Notes under the pieces: model-generated
Database searches by the model: none
What the model saw: the letters and a program-made list of their open reading frames with translations, nothing else
What the model was told of the DNA's origin: nothing
In this document: positions 38,457 to 48,424 of the stretch, one piece after another
Numbering within the stretch: the stretch's first letter is position 1
How the letters are laid out: each line of letters starts with the position of its first letter
Assembly (NCBI GenBank): GCA_018669975.1
Contig: JABHSK010000005.1
Span: 121,132 to 185,131, forward strand
From: Candidatus Parcubacteria bacterium
Lineage (GTDB): Bacteria > Patescibacteriota > Patescibacteriia > UBA1558 > GWA2-36-10
DNA: 64,000 nt
Direction: 5' to 3'
Translations under genes and position numbers: made by a program

Positions 38457-40415
38457 TTAATGAAAATCTTCCTGCCAACTAACATGCTCAACTATACGGC
38501 TATCACGGCGGCCGAACCAGATAATCTGACGTGCAAACTCAGCTTTGTCACCACCGAAGTTAGTTAACTCGACGGTTAGTATTTGCGGAGATTCCGGTCG
38601 GTGTTGGATAGCAATACTTTCATCTTTGAGCAAGGCATCGAAATATTCAGGAACATTGTGATTGAATAACTTGGGGGTTCTACTAGCTTTCTCAAATGTA
38701 GCCATTCGAGAGCTCTGATAGATCAAGATCTCAATCAACAATGATTGATTAAATACGATGTCATTAGCGTGTAGGAAATTGACAACTAGGCAGAGGAATT
38801 CATGATAGAATTCTCTGAGATGCCCAGATAGTCTAAGTAAACTAGCTTCTTCAATTTGCCAGGAGATATCTCCGAACTCATCCAAAAAGACACATTGTGC
38901 TTGTCCAGTCAGCACGTTTTTTAGGAATTGTTCGTAGTAGGCGATCTCTCCAGAGATGATTGGGAAGCGGTCTTCACGTCCATGTTCCAGAATGTACTGG
39001 TACAAGTCAGTGTATTTAACACCAAGTTGGTCAGATAGGTACAGGGACATAAAGAAGCTCAATTTATAGCCATGCAATACTTGGGTAATCCAAGCTAACT
39101 TGGCGGCTCGTTGCCAGTCTTCAGGGGGCATGGTATCGGTACCGATGCAGATATCCTCATATTCTTGCACTTCGCCAAGGCGAGGTGAGGCATGAGGTTC
39201 AATCAGAGCGATACGTTTGGCACGAATGCCGTGCATGGCCACATAGACTGGGTCAGACATGTCTGTGTTTGGCAGGATGGTACAGAGGAAAACTCCAATC
39301 TGATCATGTAGTCCAGCCTGTAGTATTTCTTCAATACCATTGGAGAAACTTGTGTAAGTTTCACCAGGTAAGCCCAGGATGAGCTCAGTGTAGACGGGGA
39401 CATTGGCTTGATGGTATCTGGTCTGTAGACTACGATAGGTGTCGAGTTTAATATTACGTCGACCGATGTTTTGCAAGGTTTGTGAGTTTGTACTTTGAAA
39501 GGACAGTGTCACACCTTTAGATAAACCAGCTTTTTCCAGTAGCGTGGCAATTTCGAAGATTCTGTCTTCAGCATTTTTGCCGTAGCAACAGCGGAAGGCT
39601 TGTGGGTAACCAAAGGCTGATTTGGCAGCTACCATCATCTGAGCCGTAGCTAGATCCCATTGGTACATACCAAAGTTAGCGTCAGCACTAAAGACAAAAG
39701 CAATTCGGTTGTCACCAAACCACATAACTTCGTCTTGCAGTCTTTGACTGGGAAAACGTCGTACTTTGCGTACAGCATTGCCCCAATAGCAAAAGGAACA
39801 TCCAAAAGGACAGCCGCGGTTACTTTCAAAGATAGCTTGGTATTCAATGTCGTCTGACACATCTCGAATTAGATAGTCATAGAGCCCAGTTAGATAGGGG
39901 GAAGGCAAGAGGTCAAGGTCTTCGATCATAGGACGATCAGGAGTCTGGACTACCTTGTCTTCACCTAAATCACGGTAGGAAACACCTTTGACCGAGGAGA
40001 AGTCGCGACCCATGAGATGAGCATTTAGCACTTTAGCAAAAGTGACTTCACCCTCACCACGGACGACTACATCGATAAAAGGATTGGCTGTGAGGAATCG
40101 CTCAGCATCATGTGGTACATGAGCACCACCAAAGATAATCAGTGCATCGGGATGCATGATTCTGGCAGCCTTAGCTACAGCTAGGTTGAGTTCGTGATTC
40201 CACAGCGACGAAGAGAAAGCTAACACTTCTGGCTCTTCATAACTACCGACAATATTATCTACAGTGTCTCGGCGGAAGATAAAAGGCATGAATTCAAAGT
40301 TATGCCTGATTTCTGACCAAGTCTCTGCACTAGCCCTGAGCATGCCCGAGGCTATTGGCAGGTAGATTTTGTTGCCCATTAGGATGTTGAATTCGTGTAA
40401 ATAGATCTTTTTCAC
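38457..40415 (-). CDS. Cobalamin-binding radical SAM protein
   Basis: B12-binding region (IFGGAH, GEGE), SPYL, RGCPFGCSFCYW, DANFG, ELILGLPGET; GTG start with SD aaggaggt. Confidence 0.9.
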   Translation of the reverse strand: MKKIYLHEFNILMGNKIYLPIASGMLRASAETWSEIRHNFEFMPFIFRRDTVDNIVGSYEEPEVLAFSSSLWNHELNLAVAKAARIMHPDALIIFGGAHVPHDAERFLTANPFIDVVVRGEGEVTFAKVLNAHLMGRDFSSVKGVSYRDLGEDKVVQTPDRPMIEDLDLLPSPYLTGLYDYLIRDVSDDIEYQAIFESNRGCPFGCSFCYWGNAVRKVRRFPSQRLQDEVMWFGDNRIAFVFSADANFGMYQWDLATAQMMVAAKSAFGYPQAFRCCYGKNAEDRIFEIATLLEKAGLSKGVTLSFQSTNSQTLQNIGRRNIKLDTYRSLQTRYHQANVPVYTELILGLPGETYTSFSNGIEEILQAGLHDQIGVFLCTILPNTDMSDPVYVAMHGIRAKRIALIEPHASPRLGEVQEYEDICIGTDTMPPEDWQRAAKLAWITQVLHGYKLSFFMSLYLSDQLGVKYTDLYQYILEHGREDRFPIISGEIAYYEQFLKNVLTGQAQCVFLDEFGDISWQIEEASLLRLSGHLREFYHEFLCLVVNFLHANDIVFNQSLLIEILIYQSSRMATFEKASRTPKLFNHNVPEYFDALLKDESIAIQHRPESPQILTVELTNFGGDKAEFARQIIWFGRRDSRIVEHVSWQEDFH

Positions 40416-40460
40416 AGTTTTACCTCCTTGACTCGCTAGTTGCGAATCCTACAAGTTTTA

Positions 40461-40509
40461 AGGTTCAAAGTTTACGTCTCAAATTACCATTTTTGGCTAA
40501 TATCGTCAA
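40461..40509 (-). promoter_or_regulatory. Sigma70 promoter plus leader motif for the radical SAM gene
   Basis: Minus strand TTGACG-17-TAATTT with extended TG; then cgtaaactttgaacct. Confidence 0.65.
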
Positions 40510-40572
40510 GTTGGAAATATTGACTAAAGGCATTGAAATATTTGATAATATAGTATATTATGGTAGTAATCT

Positions 40573-41661
40573 ATGATACCAAAAAAACACCAAAATATAG
40601 CAGTAATTTTAGGGACTAGGCCGAACTTTGTGAAGGCTGCTCCTTTTTTTCGTCAGGCTAAAAATCATCCAGAATTCAAGATTACCCTAATACATACTGG
40701 GCAGCATTTTGATAAGAATATGTCCAAGATTTTCTTTGAAGAAATGCAGATTCCTAAGCCCGATGTACAATTAGATGTTAAGGGTGAATTTCATACTGAG
40801 AAGATCGGTAAGATGTTTAATGCTCTCAAACATGTATTAAAGAGTGATAATTTTGATTCCGTTGTACTTTTTGGTGATGTTAATTCTACTTTAGCTGGAG
40901 CCATTGCCGCTATCAGTAATCAATACAAAGTTGTTCATATTGAAGCTGGTTTGCGTAGCCATGATCGTCGTATGCCCGAAGAAATCAATAGAGCTATAGT
41001 TGATCATCTTTCCCATATGTTGTTTACCACTGAGCCTTCTGCAAATGAGAATTTGCTTCGTGAGGGTGTAGATAAAGATAAAATCAGATACGTCGGTAAT
41101 ATTATGATAGAGAGCTTAATCATGTTTAGGGACAACATAGATAAATCAGATATTTTACAGAGGTTACAGTTGCAAGCCAAGTCATATGCTCTGGTGACTA
41201 TCCATCGTCAAGAAAATACAGATAGTGCTCAGAGCATGAAGACTATTTTAGAAATTTTACAAAACGTAAACAAACAAATACCAATTTTAATTCCATTACA
41301 TCCGGGTACTCAGCAGAAAATTATTGAGTATAAGTTAGAAGATTTATTGACGGGCATAAATATTATTGAGCCGTTAGGTTATTTTGATTTTGTAAAATTA
41401 ATGGCTGAGAGCAAAGGTGTAATTACTGATTCGGGAGGTATCCAGGAAGAGACTACTCACCTGGGAGTGCCTTGTTGCACTTTGCGTTATAATACAGAAA
41501 GGCCTATTACTATAGAGAGGGGTACCAATAAATTATTTACTATGGATTTAGATCAGGCTGAGGCCATGGTCAAACACATACACACTGGCGCTTCCCAGGC
41601 CGTCCAGATTCCTTTGTGGGATGACAGTGTTAGTCGTAGGATATTTAAGTGTTTAAAATAA
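40573..41661 (+). CDS. wecB: UDP-N-acetylglucosamine 2-epimerase (non-hydrolysing)
   Basis: GTRPNFVK, HTGQH, GDVNST, HIEAGLRS, PEEINR, TDSGGIQEE. Confidence 0.95.
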   Translation: MIPKKHQNIAVILGTRPNFVKAAPFFRQAKNHPEFKITLIHTGQHFDKNMSKIFFEEMQIPKPDVQLDVKGEFHTEKIGKMFNALKHVLKSDNFDSVVLFGDVNSTLAGAIAAISNQYKVVHIEAGLRSHDRRMPEEINRAIVDHLSHMLFTTEPSANENLLREGVDKDKIRYVGNIMIESLIMFRDNIDKSDILQRLQLQAKSYALVTIHRQENTDSAQSMKTILEILQNVNKQIPILIPLHPGTQQKIIEYKLEDLLTGINIIEPLGYFDFVKLMAESKGVITDSGGIQEETTHLGVPCCTLRYNTERPITIERGTNKLFTMDLDQAEAMVKHIHTGASQAVQIPLWDDSVSRRIFKCLK

Positions 41662-41670
41662 AAATAAAAA

Positions 41671-42117
41671 ATGAAAATTCCTTTTTTGAAAAGAGAGCAT
41701 AGATATTATCCTTTTAAGAAAGAATTTATCAGAAAGTTTAAGCGTTATCCGCATTTTATAATGATTGGGTTAACTGGATTTGTGATTAATCTTGTTCTGA
41801 CTGCTGTTTTTACAGAATTTTTTGACCTGTGGTATTTGTTATCATACATTATGGCAGCCTTATTAAGTTGGGTATTTAATTTTTATATGAACTCCCGCTT
41901 TACGTTTAGGGGACACAACAGTGAGCATAGTTTAAAGCGTTATATTTTTTATTTACAAACCTATGGCATGATGGGATTAGCTAGCTTGGCCCTTGTCTAT
42001 ATATTGACTTCTATTGCAGGTATGTATTATTTGTTATCTATATTTATAGTTTCAGCTATAATGTCGTTGGCTACTTTTGTTTTTAATAAGAAAGTAGTTT
42101 TTAAATATTTTGATTAA
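41671..42117 (+). CDS. GtrA family membrane protein
   Basis: 4 TM; LWYLLS, NFYMNSRFTF, FNKKVVF. Confidence 0.85.
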   Translation: MKIPFLKREHRYYPFKKEFIRKFKRYPHFIMIGLTGFVINLVLTAVFTEFFDLWYLLSYIMAALLSWVFNFYMNSRFTFRGHNSEHSLKRYIFYLQTYGMMGLASLALVYILTSIAGMYYLLSIFIVSAIMSLATFVFNKKVVFKYFD

Positions 42118-42119
42118 AG

Positions 42120-43943
42120 ATGTGTGGTATTGTTGGACAATTTGCAGATAAACTGAATGATAAAGAGCAGTTTATTGGTAGACGAGATAAGCTACACCAC
42201 AGGGGGCCGGATTCTTCCGGTGTCTTTATTTCTGAAGATAAAAAGCTAAAATTAGGACATAAACGTTTATCTATTCTAGATTTATCTGATAAAGCTAATC
42301 AGCCAATGACTAGGGATGGCTGTCAGATAGTTTATAATGGCGAAGTATATAATTTTCAGACACTAAAGAAAGATTTAGAGTTAAAAGGATATTCATTTGA
42401 AAGTAGTTCAGATACAGAAGTCATATTAAATGCTTACTTAGAGTATGGCGCAGACGTTTTTGTAAAATTAGATGGAATGTTTGCATTAGCTATCTATGAT
42501 AGCCGTAGTCAACAATTGTTGTTAGCTAGAGACCGTATGGGCGTTAAGCCATTGTACTATCATTGGGATAACAATAGTTTTTATTTTGCTTCTGAGATTC
42601 AAGCTATAGATGCTGCCAAGAAAGTGAATCTTAAGTCAGTCCAAAAATTTTTGCAGCAAAACTATATTTACGGCACAGATACTATTTTAGAAAATGTATT
42701 CAAATTACCGCCAGCTAATTTCGCTGTTTATGATATCAATACTAATAGTCTAGAAGTAAAAGAATATTGGCGGGCAAAGTTTAGCGCTAAACATAAAGAA
42801 ATAGAAAGTGCTGTTGATGGTGTGCAGGGAACATTATCCAAGTCAGTTAAGCAATCCATGATTTCTGATGTACCATTAGGAGTGTTTTTATCTTCAGGGG
42901 TTGATTCTAGCTTAATTGCCGCTTTAGCTAAAGAACACAGCAAGCAGGTTGATACTTTTACAGTTGGTTTTGAGCTTGATTCTTTTGATGAATCAAAGAG
43001 TTCAGCTAAGATAGCAGAAATTTTGGGAGTGAATCATCATTCCATAAATTTAGACAAACAAGAGGTAATGGATGAAATCCCAAAGATCTTAGATTTATTT
43101 CATGAACCCTTTGGTGATAGTAGTGCTATACCAATGTATTTTTTATCAAAGTTTGCTAGACAAAAAGTGAAGGTATGTTTATCTGGTGATGGTGCTGATG
43201 AGTTATTTGGCGGTTATCCAATTTATTATTTACCACGTATTAATAATATTTATCGATATTTACCTTTTAAGTCTTTAATCGAAAAGGGTGTGGCTAGATT
43301 GCCATCTTCTTCTGATAAGATGAGCTTGGATTATAAGCTACGACGTTTTGTTCATGCTGCTAAGTACGATTCTAAGCAGGCACATTTTTATTATCGAGCC
43401 ATGCATAACAGCGGTGTACTTAAAAAAGATTTTGGTGCAAGTGATAATTTTGAAAGTTATTTTAAAAATGTAGCAGATGAAAATATTCTTAATCAACTTT
43501 TGTACGTAGATCAGCAGACAGTTTTAGAAGGGGATTATTTGGTCAAGGTAGATAGAGCTAGCATGGCTCATAGCTTAGAGGTTCGTGTACCTTTTTTAAA
43601 TAACGATGTGGTTGATTTTGCTAACAACTTGGATTCTAAGCTAAAAATAAAAGGCACTACTACTAAATATATTTTAAAAAAGCTGTTAGAAAAATATTTA
43701 CCAAAAGATTTAATTTATACAGAGAAAAAGGGTTTCAATTTCCCTATAGCTGACTGGCTCAGGCATGAATTAAAGGATTTTATGTTGGATTCTCTAGCTA
43801 AGGAAAAGGTTGAAAAAATAAGCTTTTTAAGCTATTCTAAAGTAGATGAGCTGATTAAAGAGCACCTAAAAGGTAGTCGTGATCATAATCGGGAAATTTG
43901 GGGATTAATCTCCTTGGTAAATTATTTTCATAAAAATTTTTAA
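42120..43943 (+). CDS. asnB: Glutamine-hydrolysing asparagine synthase family amidotransferase (glycan amidation type)
   Basis: MCGIVG, HRGPD, NGEVYNF, SDTEV, SSGVDSS, SGDGADELFGGY, SLEVRVPFL. Confidence 0.93.
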   Translation: MCGIVGQFADKLNDKEQFIGRRDKLHHRGPDSSGVFISEDKKLKLGHKRLSILDLSDKANQPMTRDGCQIVYNGEVYNFQTLKKDLELKGYSFESSSDTEVILNAYLEYGADVFVKLDGMFALAIYDSRSQQLLLARDRMGVKPLYYHWDNNSFYFASEIQAIDAAKKVNLKSVQKFLQQNYIYGTDTILENVFKLPPANFAVYDINTNSLEVKEYWRAKFSAKHKEIESAVDGVQGTLSKSVKQSMISDVPLGVFLSSGVDSSLIAALAKEHSKQVDTFTVGFELDSFDESKSSAKIAEILGVNHHSINLDKQEVMDEIPKILDLFHEPFGDSSAIPMYFLSKFARQKVKVCLSGDGADELFGGYPIYYLPRINNIYRYLPFKSLIEKGVARLPSSSDKMSLDYKLRRFVHAAKYDSKQAHFYYRAMHNSGVLKKDFGASDNFESYFKNVADENILNQLLYVDQQTVLEGDYLVKVDRASMAHSLEVRVPFLNNDVVDFANNLDSKLKIKGTTTKYILKKLLEKYLPKDLIYTEKKGFNFPIADWLRHELKDFMLDSLAKEKVEKISFLSYSKVDELIKEHLKGSRDHNREIWGLISLVNYFHKNF

Positions 43944-43947
43944 GATA

Positions 43948-44373
43948 ATGTTAAGATCTCTATATAAGGCAATTATAAAAAAATTTGGTAGGTACTTTAA
44001 TTTTGTTCTGGTAGGTGTTAGTGGTACAGCCTTGGTTTTTCTTATGACTTTTGTACTAACTGAATATTTACATCTTTGGTATTTATTAGCTTATATTATT
44101 TCTACCTTATGTGGTTGGACTTACGGTTTCATCATGAACTCTAAATTTACTTTTAATGATCATGATGGTGAAAATTTAATTAAACGATATGTTTTTTATA
44201 TACAAGGTTATATTCTGTTGAGTCTGATAAGCTTTAGCTCAGTTTATGTATTAACGTCTATTCTAAACTTACATTATTTAGTTTCTATGTCTATAATTAC
44301 TGTTATTATGTCTATAATAACTTTCAATTTTAATCGTAAGTTTATATTTCAAAGTTCTCAAAAAATAAGTTGA
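43948..44373 (+). CDS. GtrA family membrane protein
   Basis: 4 TM; LWYLLA, MNSKFTF, FNRKFIF; paralogue of 41671. Confidence 0.85.
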   Translation: MLRSLYKAIIKKFGRYFNFVLVGVSGTALVFLMTFVLTEYLHLWYLLAYIISTLCGWTYGFIMNSKFTFNDHDGENLIKRYVFYIQGYILLSLISFSSVYVLTSILNLHYLVSMSIITVIMSIITFNFNRKFIFQSSQKIS

Positions 44374-44392
44374 TTAATTAATTTATACGGTC

Positions 44393-45274
44393 ATGAAAGA
44401 TGTTTCAATAATTATTCCAGTATACAATGAAGGCAAGGTAATTAGGAGGGTCGTCCAGGAGATTTTAAATTTTAAATTTAGTTTTCAAATAGATGTTATC
44501 ATTGTTAATGATGGTTCTACTGATAATTCTTTAGAAGAGGTGGGTCATTTTAAAGATTTAGAAAATGTTAAAATTATTTCTAACTACCACAATAGAGGGT
44601 ATGGTGCTAGTTTAAAAATTGGCATCAGGAAAGCAGATAGTAAATATGTTTGTTCCTATGATGGTGACGGTCAGTTTTTTCCAGAAGATGTAGAAAATTT
44701 TTATAATAAAATTAAAGACGGTTCTCTTGATGCGGTTATTGGGCAGAGAGAAAAATTGTCTAGCGGAAGCCCTTTGTGGAGGACACCGGGTAAATTATTT
44801 ATTAGATTTTTAATTAATAATCTAATTAAGGTTCGTTTGAAAGATTTTAATTGTGGTTTACGAATGATGCGTAGGGATGTAATTAAAAAATACCTTCATT
44901 TATGTTCTGATGCTTTTTCTTTTTCCACCACCTCAACCATGATTATTATTAATAGGGGTTATAATTATATTTTTCTTCCTATTAAATTAAAGAAACGCGA
45001 TGGTGGAAGTAGTAGAGTTAGGTTGTCATCCGGCTTGAGCACAATATATTTAGTTTTAAAAATGATAATGTTATTTAATCCTTTAAAGATATTTTTTACT
45101 ACAGGATTAGCCTCTATTATTCTTGGATTCTTCTGGGGCTTAAAATATTTCTTAGCTGGCAATGGCCTAAGTATAGGTTCATTACTTTTTTTCATCGTTG
45201 GTATACTATTGATATTTTTAGGTTTGATAGCAGATCAGATTTCAGAAATTAGAAAGACACAGTACGAAAAATAA
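44393..45274 (+). CDS. Glycosyltransferase family 2, polyprenol-phosphate glycosyltransferase (GtrB/DPM-like)
   Basis: IIPVYNE, VNDGSTD, NRGYGA, DGDGQ, DFNCG; two C-terminal TM. Confidence 0.9.
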   Translation: MKDVSIIIPVYNEGKVIRRVVQEILNFKFSFQIDVIIVNDGSTDNSLEEVGHFKDLENVKIISNYHNRGYGASLKIGIRKADSKYVCSYDGDGQFFPEDVENFYNKIKDGSLDAVIGQREKLSSGSPLWRTPGKLFIRFLINNLIKVRLKDFNCGLRMMRRDVIKKYLHLCSDAFSFSTTSTMIIINRGYNYIFLPIKLKKRDGGSSRVRLSSGLSTIYLVLKMIMLFNPLKIFFTTGLASIILGFFWGLKYFLAGNGLSIGSLLFFIVGILLIFLGLIADQISEIRKTQYEK

Positions 45275-45283
45275 TTTTTAAGT

Positions 45284-45910
45284 ATGCATAAAATAAATAA
45301 AAAAATATTAGATACAATTTTTTTCCCATTGAGATGTCTCTTTCCAAATAATGAAAATATTTCCTGGCTTGGTGTTACGCCACTGGCAGATGATAGGTTT
45401 AATATTATTGAGAAGAAATTAAAACCCAATAAAAACCTACTTGATATTGGTTGTGGAGATAATCGTTTAGCTAAAAAGTATAGAAAAAATGGTGGTAATG
45501 CCACCGGTATTGATATTGCACCAAATCAAGAGGCGGATATCGAAGTGCAAGGATCTGACAATCTAGATTTTAAGGATGAGGAATTTAACTATATAACTAT
45601 CATTGCTTCTCTTAATCATATTCCTACCAGAGAGAAAACTATAAAAGAGGCCTATAGATGCCTAAAACCAGGTGGTACCATTTTTATTACTAATTTATCA
45701 CCCATTGTAGGTGCTGTAGGACATAAGATTTGGCACTTGTTTAAAAGTGATTTAGATATGGATCATAGAGGTCACATGGAAGAAGGTGAAGAGTTCGGTT
45801 TAAAAAATACTTATATTAAAAAATTGTTGGAAGAAAAAGGTTTTAAAAATATTAAAGTTATAAGATTTAGTTTTGGATTAAACAATCTAATTGTTGCTAC
45901 AAAATCTTAG
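45284..45910 (+). CDS. Class I SAM-dependent methyltransferase
   Basis: LLDIGCG, GIDI, LNH, LKPGG. Confidence 0.9.
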   Translation: MHKINKKILDTIFFPLRCLFPNNENISWLGVTPLADDRFNIIEKKLKPNKNLLDIGCGDNRLAKKYRKNGGNATGIDIAPNQEADIEVQGSDNLDFKDEEFNYITIIASLNHIPTREKTIKEAYRCLKPGGTIFITNLSPIVGAVGHKIWHLFKSDLDMDHRGHMEEGEEFGLKNTYIKKLLEEKGFKNIKVIRFSFGLNNLIVATKS

Positions 45911-45921
45911 AGTACGTATTT

Positions 45922-46728
45922 ATGCCTAAAGATAAAAAGTTAGAGACAGTGTCAGATTTTAACAAACAATGGATTTCTTTCCAGAAGCAACAAGGAGTGT
46001 ATGCTGATGAAAGTTTCTTTTTTGATTACTTTGGTCATTTATTAAATAAAGATGATCTTCAGGACAAAATTGTTGCAGAGATTGGTTGTGGTAATGGTAG
46101 ATTTGTAAAAACAATGGCCAATTATGCTAAAGAGGCCAGTGGCTTTGAACCGTCTGGTGCTGTTGAGATAGCCAAAAAATATTGTGAAGATTGTAACAAT
46201 GCCAATTTTTATCATCAAAGTATTTACGATGTTGAAATAAAAGACAAGTATGATGCAGTATTTTGTCTAGGAGTATTACATCATCTGCCAGACCCGTTGC
46301 TAGCTTTGCAAAAAATGTTCGTGATGTTAAAAAAAGGTGGCTCTTGTTATGTTTGGGTGTATGGTAGCGAAAATAACTCTTTATACCTTAAAATTTTTAA
46401 GCCAATCATACAAATGACATCACGTTTTCCACATTGGTTATTAAATGTTATTTCCTTTATCTTAGCTATACTACTTAAAGTTTATATTGTGTTAGTTTCT
46501 CTCTTTAGGTTTCTACCATGGCCAATGAAAACATACATGTTAAAAGTATTAAAAAAATTAGGATTTTATTATTTGAAATTGGTAATCTACGATCAATTAA
46601 ATCCAAAGATCGCCAACTATTATTCTAAAGAAGAAATATCTAGCCTAGTCGAAAAGGCTGGTTTTGGAAACATAAAAACATACCATAGGCATAATTATAG
46701 TTGGACTATCAAAGCTGTGAAGGAATAA
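45922..46728 (+). CDS. Class I SAM-dependent methyltransferase
   Basis: EIGCGNGR, GVLHHLPDP, LKKGG. Confidence 0.9.
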   Translation: MPKDKKLETVSDFNKQWISFQKQQGVYADESFFFDYFGHLLNKDDLQDKIVAEIGCGNGRFVKTMANYAKEASGFEPSGAVEIAKKYCEDCNNANFYHQSIYDVEIKDKYDAVFCLGVLHHLPDPLLALQKMFVMLKKGGSCYVWVYGSENNSLYLKIFKPIIQMTSRFPHWLLNVISFILAILLKVYIVLVSLFRFLPWPMKTYMLKVLKKLGFYYLKLVIYDQLNPKIANYYSKEEISSLVEKAGFGNIKTYHRHNYSWTIKAVKE

Positions 46729-46732
46729 ATTT

Positions 46733-48424
46733 ATGAGTATGAATTTTTTTAAAAAATTATTATCTTTTACGAATACAAAATATTTCTTCTTTTTAGTTTT
46801 GGTTGTTTATTTATTACTATATTTATTTCTAAATTATGATAAAGGTCTAGAGGCAGTTAGCAGCGATGCTTGGATGAATAATTTTGTGATGATTCAGCAG
46901 CAAGAAGGGCAACCTTGGGCTTATATGCCACAGGTTTATAGTCAGCAGGATTTATATATAGCCTTTCCTTTGCTTTATTATATTAGCCCAGGCTTCATTA
47001 ATGGGGTTTTCGGTTATCATATATTAGGTGTCTTAATTATCACTTTAACTTATGTAATTAGTGGTTTGGTAATTAAAAAGATATTTAATAATTGGGCATT
47101 GGCGTCTCTAGGAGCATTGTTATGTGTTATACCTAGATTTATACTACCAACTAGGATTGGCTTGTTGGGCCTCGGTAATGTTAGAGGAAATGCATTTGTT
47201 TACCCGCTTTACCTATTATTGAGTTATTACTGGATAATTTATGGCCTTCAAGATAGACGGAAAAATATTTGGTTGGCTGTGGTCGCTGGTCTATCAGTGT
47301 ATTTGTATCCGCCAGTGGGTACTATTATTATAGCTTTATTTGTATTAACTGCTTTTTTAGTCAGAGGCAGAAAATATTTTAAAGAGATATTTATTTTTGG
47401 AGTAGTTTATCTTTTGGTAGCTATGCCTTTTTTAGTGAATCATTTTATAAATCCAAGTACCGGCATGTTGGATGTCACTGGCGAGCTAACAGCTCAAGAT
47501 TTAAGCTTGCAGAATGAAATTATTCGTTATCGTTTTCAGGCCAATGCTTTTTTGACTAGCATTGATTTAGCTAGAATAAAGCGAGGTATTTGGGATGGGT
47601 TCATTCTAGGCGTTTCATTTGTAGGCTCTTTAGTTTTTTATACAAAATATCGATATAAGATAAGAGAAAAATATAAATTACTTTTTAAAACATCAATAAT
47701 TTTTGTAATCCTAATGCTACTGTTTATTTTGGCAGTAGAGTTTGTAAATCATATTGCTAACTTAGACGGCAAGCCGCCATTATTCATAGAGCACTTACGT
47801 TTGATGCGAGTAGTTGGTTTTATTATGATTATGCAGTTTGTATTTTCTATATATTTATTATATTTTAAATTTAATAAACAATTATTGGCAATAATTATAT
47901 CAATAGCCATAGTTTTAACACCCTTAACTTTTTTTGCATCAGCTATTAGGCCGGTTATTAGAATTGTTGTTCCAGAGAGCATTAGAATAAAATATAATCT
48001 TGCACCAGTAGTACAGGAAGAGGATGTTAGGAGTTTTGATAATCTGAAAGATATTTCGGATTGGACTAAGGATAACGTTCAAGCTGGTAAGACAAAGTTT
48101 TTTGTCTTTGATGATTTTCAAAATGAATTTAAGTTTAAAATTTTAAGTCGGCATGAAACAAATTTGACCAGTAAAGAAGGAAATATTTATGTTACTTCCA
48201 ATTTTGAGAATAGTGCTCGCTGGTATGATGAAAGACTAAGATATAATGAGCAAGTACAAGGTGCTGAGGACTTTGGTCAAATAGTTGATTTTGCTAAAGA
48301 ATTAGAATGCACTCATATTTTATTGCCGCGTGGGGAACTTAGTATTTTATATAAAGAGTCCGAATCTACTGGTACTTCAGTACTATATTTTAATGATGAC
48401 TATAAAGTAATTAAGATAGATTAA
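46733..48424 (+). CDS. Polytopic membrane protein, putative GT-C-fold glycosyltransferase
   Basis: About 11 TM plus soluble C-terminal domain; close to GtrA/GtrB-like genes. Confidence 0.55.
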   Translation: MSMNFFKKLLSFTNTKYFFFLVLVVYLLLYLFLNYDKGLEAVSSDAWMNNFVMIQQQEGQPWAYMPQVYSQQDLYIAFPLLYYISPGFINGVFGYHILGVLIITLTYVISGLVIKKIFNNWALASLGALLCVIPRFILPTRIGLLGLGNVRGNAFVYPLYLLLSYYWIIYGLQDRRKNIWLAVVAGLSVYLYPPVGTIIIALFVLTAFLVRGRKYFKEIFIFGVVYLLVAMPFLVNHFINPSTGMLDVTGELTAQDLSLQNEIIRYRFQANAFLTSIDLARIKRGIWDGFILGVSFVGSLVFYTKYRYKIREKYKLLFKTSIIFVILMLLFILAVEFVNHIANLDGKPPLFIEHLRLMRVVGFIMIMQFVFSIYLLYFKFNKQLLAIIISIAIVLTPLTFFASAIRPVIRIVVPESIRIKYNLAPVVQEEDVRSFDNLKDISDWTKDNVQAGKTKFFVFDDFQNEFKFKILSRHETNLTSKEGNIYVTSNFENSARWYDERLRYNEQVQGAEDFGQIVDFAKELECTHILLPRGELSILYKESESTGTSVLYFNDDYKVIKID

